Positions 11,801 through 24,373 of a DNA stretch of 64,000 nt are shown piece by piece (within the stretch, counting starts at the first letter, position 1; the number at the start of each line of letters is the position of its first letter). This DNA is from Octopus vulgaris (lineage: Eukaryota), in contig OX597814.1 of assembly GCA_951406725.2 (NCBI GenBank), forward strand, positions 93,868,001-93,932,000, read 5' to 3'. A program made the position numbers and the translations under genes. A model generated the notes under the pieces. It saw nothing but the letters and a program-made list of their open reading frames with translations, searched no databases and had not been told where the DNA came from.

Positions 11801-12274
11801 ATTCCTATCCATTCCCACATAATCTAGATGCGTGTCCAAGGTAGCGTTCCAATCCCCTACTAACAGTAAAGGTTTAGACGTACCCAGGAAAACCTCTAGA
11901 CGCCTGAAGAAATCCGCCCGACTCGTTAAGGACGGTGCATAAACTGCCATCAGACGGAATGCACACCCATTTCTGCCATCCACGTCCAAGACAACCAGCC
12001 TACCGTCCGGGTCTAGGAATATTGTTCTTACTTTTACATTTAGACTCTTTCGAAAAAGCACCGCGGTACCTCCACCACCCATGTTCGGCAGACAAGGGGA
12101 AAAATAAATGTCAAATTGATCGCCAAACATGAACGCGAGGGCCCGCGGCTTGCTGAGTCTAGTTTCACTGATAGCTACTATATCCACGTTCAGTGACTTG
12201 ATGTCGTTTAGAAGGTAACCTTGCTTCCAAGCCGATGCCAAGCCACGCGCATTCACACAACCTAATTTAAGCAT
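8879..12274 (-). CDS. Tx1-like ORF2 (APE + RT + C-terminal Cys motif), probably non-functional
   Basis: CVNARGL, ISETRL, GDWN, GPGYWKLN, KSPGLDG, LDQSKAFDRVDH, AYADD, CPRC. The RT QG motif is missing. Confidence 0.9.
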   Translation of the reverse strand: MLKLGCVNARGLASAWKQGYLLNDIKSLNVDIVAISETRLSKPRALAFMFGDQFDIYFSPCLPNMGGGGTAVLFRKSLNVKVRTIFLDPDGRLVVLDVDGRNGCAFRLMAVYAPSLTSRADFFRRLEVFLGTSKPLLLVGDWNATLDTHLDYVGMDRNRRGCKCLKDRLRRFHLSDRFRLDHPNVPTWTWTNRVGSSRSYLDRILCRTADRDSVGCPQFKIVSYTDHKFVTCTLDLDKTHRQGPGYWKLNTSLLARQVYRNRISELIKRALTGAVVNDRFRWYALKMAIKSESIRFSKELAIDRNREEGDLVKKLEESLTTGRATNVLAARMALDQHLNDKHEGCVVRAKMRALRNEGIEAAREARVAEAQRGNRATIRSLIDQQGCSLLEPERMCEAFQQQFARLFGASGGSERGMDFSAYLTDLPRLSAREAECCESAITAADVRDAMAGCARDKSPGLDGLPYELYCKMPDLFGDLLASVYCNWQQNGRIPGFVSRGAVTLLKKDPNKGNFIDNFRPITLLNADLKILAKVIAERLALVIGKLVDRAQTCAVPGRTIHDNLHLMRYIVDRVVKDPGMGGALINLDQSKAFDRVDHRCLAAVLRAAGFGPVFRGWIAALYSGFRSVIRVNGHLSALLYILTLEPLLRKLATLRGISRELGCETSVSAYADDVTVIVSSDKHIQMIGETLRKYETVTGAKVNPEKSVGLLLGTWRSKPMPSNCGSVAGRWTDGPVKLLGVWFSPDLQMDKNWDEITNRVVALSQTWAERKLSLKGRAEVANAYIASVIDYRLTVVPCPDATITKLERIFFRFLWKGGVPMVRKSICCQHPLNRGLGMTWLMMRRHALILRHLWNFFDDGEQVWAPFLRRAFPQLVSLTELQTWIKKRPKLGDWHRECRQALQQLCRPGSNLCNLQTTKAFYRGLVDGRSDDTLGANLGVDEKFLTRLFRTTFVPGPMDNFQKSLAWQCYRDALPVREKSYRHGSKTITGPTCPRCGQSDETVLPTLVQCPDISELWTFVEQLLSRVGRARLSAESIMYIVPPPSFKREGKTVFVTLMAMAKECVWWTRLKGLQTNTFLSGQSLVNFFKYHLKRRMRIERKALSNECFNKKWVKVAKMVSMKDDTISSINL

Positions 12275-12340
12275 AATTGACGTTTACGAAAATTGTGTTT
12301 CAGACACTACATTGGAAGAGACAAGAGGCAAGAGGGAAGG

Positions 12341-13300
12341 TCACTTACTCATTTCGAAAGTTTCATTTTTTTCTTCTTCTTTTGTAGTGTCTTTGATGGG
12401 GTGTTTGTATAGCTTTTTGGAGAGGTATCGTTGAAACCTGCCTACCGCATTTGGAAATATTGTTTTCAGTGTATGGTGTTGTGTTTGTGTTATGTGTACA
12501 ATTCTTATGTGTTTCGGCGGTGTGGTGCGCGAATGATTGTTTGTCTTAAAGTCATCTTCACAGATGTCCGTGTTGGATGCAATGTAATCCATTAATTTTT
12601 TATTGTCTGTGTCTATTGCAGTTAGTTGTGTGTGTGGTTTTGCGGGTTCATTGATTTTTTTATTGTCTTGGGGGATGCTGTCCGGAGTTAAATATCTCCC
12701 TGCTTTACTTCCTTGTTTGGTGGGCTGTTTTGATCTTTTCATTTTACCCCCTGTGGCTATTTGCCATTCCGTCGAACTTTCGTCGTCCGACGAATCAGAA
12801 GGGGGTAAAGGCAAAGCATTTGCGTTAATATGTATGCTTGTAGAAATTGTTGATGTTTTGTGCGGTGTTTGTGTTGTTGTGGTGTTAGGGGTAGAAATTT
12901 CTTCTCGTCACTGTTTTCTGTCTTTTTAATTGTCGTCCTCGGTGTTGGTGTTGGTCTATCTTTTGGTTCAGCATGCTGAATTGGTTGCGGCGTCAACAGT
13001 GATTGTGTTAGTGTTGGTGTTGGTGTTGGCAACAAGGGTTTTTTCATTTGTTTTCTGATTTGTTCTTTCTTGTTTTTTCTGTACCAGAACGCACTTGGCA
13101 ATTAAATGTTCTGGGCTGCCACAGTTGTAGCATCTAGGCTTTTTGCCTTCTGCTACAACATATAGGCTTTGCCCATTTTCTAAGTGGATCCTATCAGGTA
13201 GGTTCTCGATAGAGGACGCCTCAATCTGGATGGTCACTACTATTGTTTTTCCACCCCAATTGTCGTTTCTGTATACGGTAGTCTCTAAAATATTTATATT
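12341..13300 (-). pseudogene. Frameshifted Tx1-like ORF1 remnants
   Basis: CCHC knuckle CYNCGSPEHLIAKC in ORF 12968-13363. Adjacent ORF pieces 12757-13101 and 12341-12814 lie upstream of ORF2. Confidence 0.7.
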
Positions 13301-13359
13301 TTTCAAATGGTAACAGAAATATAACAAGTAACTGCAGAATATGTGGAGATGGACAAGAA

Positions 13360-13993
13360 ACAATAAATCATGTTATCCCTGGCTGCCCAGTCCTGGCTAA
13401 CAAGGAATATATTCACAGACACGACAGAGTTGGGACCTACATACACTGGAAGCTATGCCAACATTATGGAATAACAACAGAAAAAAGATGGTATAGGCAC
13501 ACACCAGAAAAGATCACAGAAAACGAGAAAGCAACCATACTCTGGGATATGCCAATACACACAGAGAAATTAAGGCCAATAGGCCAGATGTAGTTGTCAG
13601 AGATCATGAAGAAAAAAATTGCTTTTTAATTGATGTATCAATACCAGCAGATGACAACGTTTCTCTAAAAGAAATGGAGAAACTTTCAAAATACAAAGAC
13701 CTGGAAATAGAGGTAACTAGAATGTGTAATCTAAAAACAGAAACAATTCCTATCATAGTAGGTGTATTAGGCATGATAAAAAAATATTCAGACAAATACA
13801 TAACAAAAGCACCAAGACTTACAAACACATATAACATACAGAAAATTGCACTACTAGGCACTGCACACATCCAACGCAGAACAATTTCAATACAGTAACC
13901 ATCAGAGCATCACAACAAATCACAGCACATACCCAAGGCACACAGAGCTGCACTCGGTAGTGAAGTGAAATCACGCTATAAAAATAGAACTAG

Positions 13994-13995
<2 letters not shown>
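13360..13995 (+). mobile_element. R4/Dong-like LINE 3' fragment (restriction-like endonuclease) ending in (TAA)n
   Basis: Translation includes RHDRVG, ILWDMPIHT, NRPDVVV, LIDVSIP, EKLSKYKDLEIE. The element abuts a long TAA tract. Confidence 0.85.
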
Positions 13996-14400
<405 letters not shown>

Positions 14401-14518
14401 ATATATATATATATATATAATATTAATTAGAGACAAAACCACTATTATGCAAATCAAACAAAGAAAGACTTAAGCCAATATATAAAAAAATTTATATAAA
14501 TTAAATATAATTAAAATA

Positions 14519-14570
14519 ACCACTACGATCGTTTCGTGTCAGCACTTCTATGAGACATTCTTCAGGTGGT
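14519..14570 (-). ncRNA. Minimal type I hammerhead ribozyme
   Basis: Minus strand: ACCAC CUGAAGA a-UGUC...GACA-c GAAA C GAUC G UA GUGGU. Helix I is ACCAC/GUGGU, helix III is palindromic, cleavage triplet GUA. Confidence 0.8.
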
Positions 14571-15370
14571 TTCAAAACCTAAAATATAATCAATATTTTT
14601 AAGATATAAATAATCTATATAATCTAAATAAAAATTTACTTATAAAAAACTTTATTATTAAATATGATTATATCGAAATCGACTATAATGTTAAATATTA
14701 ACTTATAAGGTAGAAAATCCATATTCTAATATCCAATTTAGTCTATATCTACTTATATAGATATTTGAAATGACTAATATATATAAATTATCAATGAAAA
14801 TATATATAAATATTATAATCAAGATCTAAAATAAACTCTATAAACGATTGTATATAATGAAAACCTAATATATTTAAACTCTCATATATAAAGATGAAAT
14901 AGCTAATTTCAAAAAACAAAAAATAAAAAATATATATACACACATGCTCATGCACATATATACATGTATGTATATAAACATATCTAAATACGTACACAAA
15001 CTCACACACACATATATATATCTATACATACACATAAACATATAGACACAGATATATTTATAATACAGCTCTATACTTCTACACATTACTTATTCATACT
15101 CCCACACACACACATACAATCACTCATTCATAAACATATACTCTCAGCATGACACTAACACAGAGGAGAAATAACATCCAGTAGCCGCAGATACTCAACC
15201 ACATACTTATAGAAATATTTCATTCTTAGTAAAATATTATTAAATACTATATACTATATATATGTAATAAACATATATATTTGCATTTTTTAGCTTTCCG
15301 TGACTATAATTAAACTCATCAAAAGAATGCCATTGTGAACATCTGAAGCGTAAGAGTTTTCAGACGTTTA

Positions 15371-15747
15371 GCTTCTTTACCAACCACATGGTTCCAGATT
15401 CAGTCCCACTGCGTGGCACCTTGGGCAAGTGTCTTCTACTATAGCCTCGGGCCGACCAAAGCCTTGTGAGTGGATTTGGAAGACGGAAACTGAAAGAAGC
15501 CCGTCGTATATATGTATATATATATGCGTGTGTGTGTTTGAGTGTCTGTGTTTGTCCCCCTAGCATTGCTTGACAACCGATGCTGGTGTGTTTATGTCCC
15601 CGTTACTTAGCGGTTCGGCAAAAGAGACCGATAGAATAAGTACTGGGCTTACAAAAGAATAAGGCCCGGGGCCGAGTTGCTCGATTAAAGGCGGTGCTCC
15701 AGCATGGCCGCAGTCAAATGACTGAAACAAGTAAAAGAGTAAAGAGT
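15371..15747 (+). mobile_element. SINE family A copy, 5' end degenerate
   Basis: High similarity to 1554-2010. Confidence 0.85.
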
Positions 15748-15807
15748 ATAGGCACACACACACTCACACACACACAAACACACACACACAGACACACATA
15801 TATATAT

Positions 15808-15969
15808 GGCACAGGAGTAGCTGGGTGATAAGTAGCTTGCTTACCAACCACATAGTTCTAGGTTCAGTCCCACTGCGTGACATCTTGGGCAAGTGTCTTC
15901 TACTATAGCCTCGGGTCGACCGTGTGAGTGGATCTTGTAGACAGATACTGAAAGAAGCCTGTCGTATAT
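15808..15969 (+). mobile_element. SINE family A head, interrupted by an insertion
   Basis: Matches 1554-1720. Confidence 0.75.
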
Positions 15970-16343
15970 CAGGGTCGTGCTACCTCGGTAGGCAAGTGCC
16001 TACCCTGAATGAAATAGAATGATAGTGACTTTTTGCCTTTATGGCAAAATATGTATCTAATTCAGTAAAATTATGAAGGTTATTCTGATTATTATGCATA
16101 AAATGCAAAATATATTTTTTTCCGTAGATTAGGTAGGCATAATTCGCCCCTACCTTTCAATCTCAGTATTAAAACCAAGTATAGAACTGCTGTAGTACAC
16201 GTGCTGCGTACATTCCTACAACAACGTGTTTTACGCGCTATTAAGACAGAAGTAAATCTACCTTCAACTCAGTCGCGAGCCTGTTTTACTACATAAACGT
16301 CACCAACTACCTACTCTGAGTTATTACTCACGGCACGTGCCTG
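15970..16343. mobile_element. Putative non-autonomous hAT-like DNA transposon
   Basis: Imperfect TIRs cagggtcgtgc / gcacgtgcctg, with a possible 6-bp TSD gtatat/gtatac. Confidence 0.4.
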
Positions 16344-16411
16344 GTATACATACATACATACATACATACATACATACATACATACATACATACATACATA
16401 CATGCATGCAT

Positions 16412-16471
<60 letters not shown>

Positions 16472-16526
16472 CTTTAGTATAGTACTTGCAAATAAAAAAT
16501 ATAAATTAAAAAATAAATGAATAGTT

Positions 16527-16571
<45 letters not shown>

Positions 16572-16574
<3 letters not shown>

Positions 16575-16951
16575 TTGCGTCAGAAATTAATTAGCACTTC
16601 TCAAATTTCTACATTAAATAGGTTAAATCAATTAACCTATGAGCTGTTCAAAACGTCTTACGCGATGAGAAAACTTAGTATGGTGTGATTTCGGTCCTTG
16701 CGAGGCGCTACCTATATCTATTAAACAAAGGAAGATTTGTCTGCATCCGCACTCCAAGTTGTTGTTGCACTGCTATGTCAACATCATAAGGCTGTAGACT
16801 CTCAAACTGCTCTGCAAACAAAGTTACGTCATCGTTCTGCGCAACAGTGAACTCGCAACAAAGCAATAGTTCGAGATATGGCCACTAGGTGACAGCACAT
16901 ACCTTGAGTGAAGAGCAAATCAAGGGTGCTAATTAATTTCTGACGGTAGTG
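16572..16951. mobile_element. Tc1/mariner-type MITE
   Basis: 26-bp TIRs cacttgcgtcagaaattaattagcac / gtgctaattaatttctgacggtagtg, embedded in (TA)n. Confidence 0.85.
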
Positions 16952-17005
16952 TATATATATATATATATATATATCAAAATAAGCAACAAGGATACCCAAA
17001 GGTAG

Positions 17006-17090
17006 TGTAGTACAATCGTTTCATGCTTCATTTAATGAAACAAGGTAAGTATTACATCAGTTTTTAAATATAGATAACTCTTCAGCCACA
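17006..17090 (-). ncRNA. Degenerate minimal hammerhead ribozyme with a long helix II loop
   Basis: Minus strand: UGUGG CUGAAGA ...GCAU GAAA C GAUU G UA CUACA. Helix I pairs but helix II is weak. Confidence 0.55.
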
Positions 17091-18134
17091 TATGGAATTT
17101 TAAAAATTAAATTGACAATGTCCATTATTATACTTATTCCATTTGCCAACATTACAAAGAGGGTAGGTATAAAGACAGAGAGGTGAATTTCATCAATAAA
17201 AACATGGTAGTAAAAGACCTTAGCTCATGGGCAGACTTTTTATCGCTGTGTTCACTTTGTTATTTTGATTTATCAATGGTGAGCGGGTTTTCTATTAAGT
17301 TCAGTGGAGACAATCAAGAATTTTTTCTATTTATAGATAGAGGAAGGGGCAGTTTAAATGGTAGAGCTATAAATCCAACCCATTTATGATGAATCAACTT
17401 TGGTACATTTGACTGAATTCTAGCTAAAGTTAGTAGGCTGAATGAAGCTAGTGGGGTAGGGAGAATAGTTTATCTTCGTCGCCACTATTATAAAGTTTCT
17501 TTTGTCACTAGTCTTTTGTACGACGGTCGTTGCTCTGACAGATATTGTTATATTCCGAAGTCGTCAATGGAATGCTTCTATCTGACATCGTACGAATCCC
17601 AGTCATACAGTGTAATTATTCGCAAAAGGTTGGATTGTTATAACAGGCTATCAACACAAGTCTACTCGTACTCTACGTACAATCATGATAATGGCCGACG
17701 TCACTTGCTTATAGTAACTGGTTCATTTCACTCGTCACTAATTCCCTATAACAGTTTTAGAGAAATATTGTTTATTTAAATACATTAATTTGTAGACATT
17801 CTCTTTTTGCTGGTCTTTTAAAAGTAAAATATCAATATAAATATCTTTAGTTTCATAGGCAGAGAGAGTGAGAGGGAGAAAGAGAAAGTGAAAGAGAGAG
17901 AGAGAGAGAGAGAGCTGTTCCGAGACGGAGACTCGTTAGAATGTTCTTCTTCTAAGAGGGATACAATATTATAAATTACTTCTTTTATCGTATCTGTGGA
18001 TTTTTTTAGTATTTGCCTTTCATTTGTGAAGCTTTGGTATGCGTGTTTATTCTTGCTCTAACTCACTCATGGCTAATATTTCACACATTTTTAAAATTAA
18101 TATAAATAATTCACATGAGTACTCTTTTTTACTA

Positions 18135-18326
18135 TTTTACTCTTTTACTTGTTTCAGTCATTTGACTGCGGCCATGCTGGAGCACCGCCTTTAGTCGAGC
18201 AAATCGACCTCGGGACTTATTCTTTGTAAGCCAAGTACTTATTCTATCGGTCTCTTTTGCCGAACCGTTAAGTGACGGGGACGTAAACACACCAGCATCG
18301 GTTGTCAAGCAATGCTAGGGGGACAA

Positions 18327-18363
<37 letters not shown>

Positions 18364-18538
18364 CATACATATATACGACAGGCTTCTTTCAGTTTCCGTC
18401 TACCAAATCCACTCACAAGGCATTGGTCGGCCCGGGGCTATAGCAGAAGACACTTGCCCAAGGTGCCACGCAGTGGGACTGAACCCGGAACCATGTGGTT
18501 GGTTAGCAAGCTACTTATCACACAGCCACTCCTGCGCC
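18135..18538 (-). mobile_element. SINE family A, full length
   Basis: Reverse complement of 1554-2010. Confidence 0.88.
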
Positions 18539-18650
18539 TAGATTATTTTCTAACATTCACTCCTGAGTCTAGATTATTTTCTAACAGCCACTCCTGAGTC
18601 TAGATTATTTTCTAACAGCCACTCCTGAGTCTAGATTATTTTCTAACATT
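18521..18650. repeat. 31-bp tandem repeat (~4 units) built from the SINE 5' junction
   Basis: Unit ctagattattttctaaca(gc/tt)cactcctgagt, which includes the SINE terminus acagccactcctg. Confidence 0.85.
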
Positions 18651-18752
18651 CTTTTGTGCTTCCATTTATTGTGCTAAATTTTGTGAAAATATAACTTTTC
18701 ACCAAACCTGTTTCACATGTAAATTATACTAGAGTTAACAGTTTTATTTTCA

Positions 18753-18829
<77 letters not shown>

Positions 18830-19864
18830 TTATCTGTCCGTCTATCTGTCTGTCTATGTATGCATTTGTATGTATCTGTCGGTCTGTCTTTCTATATATC
18901 TGTCTAGCTATTTGTCTGTTACCCGTCTGTCTATATATCAGTCTGTCTGTCTATTTATCTATGTAGAAGATGGCACTTTCTTACATCAACATTTTAAACA
19001 TTCTTTTTAACTTCAAAATAAAATCATAAAATCTCTTGATTCATAGTAAATGAAACACATTTCAGAATAAAGAAATATATTATCAGCATTCGAGGTGTTG
19101 CTCCAGCATGACCATACTCCAATGACTGAAATTAGTAAAAGGATAAAAGGAATAAATAAAATATGTCCATTTATGTTTCAAAGTTGTTTTCTAAGTGGGT
19201 CTCTAGTATCATCCTTTTATGAGTTTTGAAAGCTCACATGTACTAAATGTCAAAATAGTATTTTGGAAGACTAGGTGTTTAAAAAATCACGATTTCTTTT
19301 AAAAATAAAATATCTGAAGCAAATACATGGCTTATGTTCCAAGGCAACCCCCCCCCCCCCCATTTCTCAGGATCAAAATATGAACACGACATTGAATATG
19401 AGTGAGCAGAAATATAACCGATAATGCACCAGATCCAATATAACTCTTCTCTATATGTCTTCACTTTCTTTTGTAATTTCAATAAAAAAAATTGACATAC
19501 ACAATAAATTCTAAAAGAGAAGTACATACTATATGACTCACTATAAGTTGATATGCAAAATAAGTTATGGCGTAAAAAAACTGCTTGATTTAAAAAAAAA
19601 GTTGTTTGCAAACCAACATTTCTTTAAAAGAGACGCTGAACTATAAAAGTTTGGGAATCACTGTTGTAACCACTAGTCATAGTGTGTGAAAGAATGTCAC
19701 TCGGCTGACAGTGACTTTGGCTAAAATTATACCGATGAAGTGTGTGTAACAGTGAAGAGTGTAGTACTTATAATGCTTACCTTTTTCAGTTGTATTAGCA
19801 TCAAAATCAAAGCCTGATATTCAAAGTAAATCACTGATATAATTTAAATGTTTCATATTTGACT

Positions 19865-22386
19865 ATGCAACACGTTAAGCTGTTTCAGGTATTTTATATC
19901 TTTGCTAAAGATTTTGTCTATGTTCAATGTCAATGCCCTATCGATAACTACTGTTTAAACCTTCAATTTAGTTAATTCCATGCAGTTATCGTGGAACACG
20001 CATGATTAGTTTCTATAGAACGAAAAATTTATCATTACAGATCAATGTGGAAAACAAATACACGTAACTGTAAAATAAAAACCTTGCAGGAGAACGTCAT
20101 ACAACAAAGAAACTATCGACCCATTGAACGGTGACCTTGATAATAGCAGAAGAAAATTAATCTGAGTTTCTAATACTGAATAAAAGTCAAAGGAATTAAC
20201 GTTTATTTTTTTATTAAACTTGTCTTTGCGAGTAGCATTTCCCTTCTTTCCACGTAAAGTTAACGCGAGAAAAACAGGTACGAGTTTAGCCATAGATAGA
20301 ATGGATTCATGATCAATGGTATTTCAAATGTGGCCGACCCTAGCTTTTAGTATATCTAAGAGTACATTATTTAATGTAGCCATTTCATTTTTGAAGACCA
20401 TAAAGAGTGATGGAATTTGGGTGATATTTCTAGCCATCCATTTATCAAGAAAAACGTTCGGTCATGGCTAAAAAAATATAATAATTTGTTTTTGTACCCT
20501 AATATTTTGAATTCTATTCTGCATTTCATTTCTTGTCATAGACATCATTGATAACAACATATATATGAGGGTATATTCGGTCACCAATGTTTCATCCATA
20601 CAAAAACAGATTTGGTGCCTAAGCAAGCTACCCTTATTATCATGAATACAACCAAGGCAAGTTAAACTGCCAGATGAGAAATTTCTTAAAGGAATGGATG
20701 CATGGCCAGATTTATATACATTAACTTTATAGCGGTGGAATTTGAACTTATTGACATGGGATCCATTCAAAACAATGATATCCTTACATGATGTCAATAA
20801 CCTACTTGATTATAAGCTCCTTCCGTTACATCAACTATGAAACTAGTGGAAGTGGATAGAATTGGCTGTCTGAGAGTGTCACAGGCATAGCAGAAACCTA
20901 AGAACGGGAATCAATTAGAATAATATAGAAATTCAGTCTGTTGATTCATTATACTCAGCTTTAGTGAAGTTTGTTTTAGATTATAAATGGTACCACTAAG
21001 ATAAGTGATGCTATAAATCTAAATTCCTGCAAATAATTATCAAACTATGGGAATATTGAAACGTAGTAAAGAAGTAAGGAAATAGAGGCATAAGATGTAA
21101 AGTAATAAACATCCGAAGATTAAACTTAGATAACGATGTATAGTATAGCTAAGAGTAAGAGTAAATGGGTAATGTGATTGTGCGACGATGCAATTGTTTT
21201 AATTCCAATACAATCTCAGGTCAGACGATTTAACAAACAAGTACATCAAAGGTATTTGGAATACTTATTTATTTTGTAATCGGAAGCAAAAGCTAAAATC
21301 AATATCTACAAACCGAAGTTAATCCCAAGAGACCTACACTTGCTTAAAAATATAGTCTAAAACTTCATGTATATCATAGCAACATTGTTGTGTATAAGAA
21401 ATAAGAATCTTCCTCTTATCATAGAAATATTTTGTATTTACCTTTTTATTTCAAAACTGGAAATTTTCGACATATTAGGTAAATTACTTTCTGATTAAAT
21501 AAATAAAAAAACAAAATCCTATGCCATTCGATTGAATTGTAGGCATCTAGTATATTTACATAAGAATATTACTTCGTTTACCTTCACATGGAACCAATGT
21601 GTAGAGAAAAAATTCTTTGCAAAATTCTTTGCATTCAATTTCATGTTTATTCAAATAATTTCCGAATAAAAATGAGTTTTGAAGTATAAAATCGATTTAT
21701 ATATTTTACGTCACTTTTTATGTAGTAACATCTGATGTTAATTTTCAAATCATTGCAGGGATAATGATAAATACGACGACGGATATTCTATTCAACTGAA
21801 ATTATTTTTACACGGTTCGCACATATTCCAAATCAATTCCATTATTTGCGATTCTGACAGCGCCTGTATCATTAAGTCTATTGTTGATATCTCTAGTAGT
21901 ATTATCTGTAATCAGCTTTGAACAGCTAGTATAATTCAACAGAATGTCATGCTATGAACACCGATCAATAATCCATACGGTGAAATGCTATTCTTGAAAA
22001 ACTTTACATTTTCTTGTAAAATTCTATTAGTATTTCTCTGTATAGTTACTTTCATCTATATTCTGTTTCTTTAAACACTGAAAAATATCAAATGTATGTA
22101 TATATCATGAACGATTTTGTGTCAGAAGGTTTGAGAAAAGTCAATGAAGGGAAATGATGCAATAGGAGGCGTCTCAATATATGTGTATAGATACAATCAT
22201 AAGACTGTAAATTACATTATTTAGATAGAATGCACTTAGTTTAGAGTAAAGAATATCCCACAAGTATAGATACTACTTTATCTTCCAGAGGTAAAAATAA
22301 TTAAGTGGAACCAAATAACTATACCAATATGCTGAAAATAGGTCTTTCTGAGGAAAAGAAATATATAATGCAATTAGAATTGAATA
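19865..22386 (+). pseudogene. Heavily decayed Toll-like-receptor-like pseudogene (LRR, LRR-CT, TM, TIR-like)
   Basis: Manual translation across stops and frameshifts gives: MQHVKLFQVFYIF..QCPIDNYC; LYTLTL*RWNLNLLTWDPFKTMISL; KLEIFDILG; LFLHGSHIFQINSIICDSD..ICN..P..YGEMLFLKNFTFSC; TM KILLVFLCIVTFIYILFL; NIPQV*ILLYLPEVKIIKW; SF*GKEIYNAI. Confidence 0.5.
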
Positions 22387-22769
22387 ATGTTTTAAAGTGT
22401 TATATTATGTGCTAAAAGTAAATAGCTATCTAGAATACATGTCATAAAGATATAAAGTTATTTGGCTGCTTAATTTGAAAACATAATGGCTTAAATACTC
22501 TTTAACACGAGCATTTCTTACTTATTGTTGAATGTTAAACGTTGTTGGATTTGTATATAACCTTTGTTTTTTATTAGTGTTCCTTTACAAAAGTAATTTC
22601 TGGAAGATATTTCTTTATATCTTAATTTCCTTTTAAAAATATTCACCATGAAAAGCTAAACTACTTTATTCACATTTCGTTGATGTATTAGCGAATGTAA
22701 CATATTCTAGTGTGTACATGCAGCTATCATTGCGTGGGTGTGTTTTATATCTGTTCAAGTGGGTATAGA

Positions 22770-23105
22770 GAGCGACTAGGTTCTCCTGCTTGTGTGGCAT
22801 GGTGCAGAGTCCTGTTGCCAGACATAGGGTCTTCCAGCAGCCACTCTCTTGACCCAGGGCAGCACTACCTCCTCCAGTTACTTGATGTACACCTCCGTGT
22901 TAAGTCTGTGGCCGCGTGAGAAGAAGAATGGAGGCATAACGTCACCATCATTGGTGATCACCCCAAACACCATCAAATTGACTGGATGTTTGGTCTTTAT
23001 CACTCTCGGTACATGTCCTCAAATTGCACTGTCGTCAGATTGACGCTCAAAAACTCTGCAATATTTGTATTGGAACATCCGGCATGAATGCCAAGCAGTA
23101 CAGCA
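22770..23105 (-). mobile_element. Tc1/mariner-superfamily (maT-like) transposase fragment
   Basis: Manual translation: KTKHPVNLMVFGVITNDGDVMPPFFF...VLPWVKRVAAGRPYVWQQDSAPCHTS. Confidence 0.75.
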
Positions 23106-23596
23106 TGTCTTTTCCAAATTTTGGGCAGAGTGGTTAAATTCTAAGAAGTTCTACCACTATATAATTAGAATATGGTACTTTCCTTAGAATTTAACCAAAT
23201 GCTTTGAAATTCTAATAATCTAGGTGATAGGACTGAAACATACACGTAGGTTCTTTTATTTTATTTTACTTTTTAAGCTTTACAACTTGTAATCAATTTA
23301 TTTGGACAGTTATATTTTTAAAGACACCTTCACCTTTTTATAACATACAACTAAATTATTCATACATTCATAAATTTCTCCGTTTTCTCCCCCCCCCCAC
23401 CAATATTGATAATTTCAATAACCCGTAACATATACCAATGACTTTTGCCCTTTTTGACTGTGAATAAACCAGTGGAATATCTTGGATTATATAATGAGGA
23501 TATAACTTCCTTCAATTAACTTTATACAAACACACACATACACACACATATATAGTTGAAAAAATATTGGATATCTATACAAATCAAAATTTTTAT

Positions 23597-23993
23597 ATAT
23601 AAAAATGATGGAGGTGAAAATTGCACAGAAGTAAGTCTAAGACATTTCAATTTAAGAGGGAATTTAATAAAAGATTATATAAATAAGAATATTACAGGTT
23701 TCGATGTATTATATCATATCAAATATCAGTAAACATTTACGAAAATTTGAATAATTTCAAGTAAACAGTGTTTATCTTCTGTCTGGTTCTGACACGTTCT
23801 TGATCACCGGACAGAAGATAAACTGTTTTTATATGGAATTTTTCAAATTCTCATAAAGTTTTACTGATATTTGATAAGATGAGATACATCGAAAACGGTA
23901 ATATTTTTATTTATGTAATCTTTTATTAAATTCCCTCTTAAGCTGAAATGTCTTAGACTTACTGGTGTGCTATTTCTACCTCCATCTTTTATA
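23597..23993. repeat. ~400-bp palindrome with ~190-bp arms and an HHR motif in each arm
   Basis: agtaagtctaagacatttca...aagagggaatttaataaaagatta versus taatcttttattaaattccctcttaagctgaaatgtcttagacttact. Short central spacer near 23790-23803. Confidence 0.85.
23867..23904 (+). ncRNA. Minimal hammerhead ribozyme, U3-A8 core variant, slightly decayed
   Basis: AUAU UUGAUAA GAUG agaua CAUC GAAA ACGG UA AUAU. The other arm has CCUG, implying an ancestral palindromic CCGG. Confidence 0.6.
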
Positions 23994-23994
23994 C

Positions 23995-24026
<32 letters not shown>

Positions 24027-24061
24027 ATTTATGTATACATATACACACACATACACACACT

Positions 24062-24093
<32 letters not shown>

Positions 24094-24310
24094 CGCACAC
24101 ATATATATACAGATACATGCATGCATACATACATGTAAGTTTACATATATATTGCGTTGCTTCTCACAATTGCTATGACAATTAAAATACGATATAAGGG
24201 ATGGAGTAGGTGTTGTGGGTCATTGTAATAAACCATACAGTAAAAATGGTAGTGCTCCGGCATACTCATAATTTAACGAGTGAAGCCAGGAAAACAATAA
24301 AAGACAGATT

Positions 24311-24373
<63 letters not shown>

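Larger units (their letters stand above)
8582..13310 (-). mobile_element. Tx1/L1-clade LINE, 5'-truncated within ORF1
   Basis: ORF1 remnants with a zinc knuckle, ORF2 APE-RT-Cys region, and a 3'UTR interrupted by (TA)n ending with AATAAA and (TATC)n near 8582. Confidence 0.85.

Noticed and set aside
18521-18650. CRISPR-like array
   Set aside because: There are no unique spacers, the context is eukaryotic, and no cas genes are present.
20042-20797. Minus-strand ORFs 20042-20293 and 20468-20797 as an endogenous viral gene
   Set aside because: No recognisable motifs. They are better explained as antisense shadows of the plus-strand TLR-like fossil.
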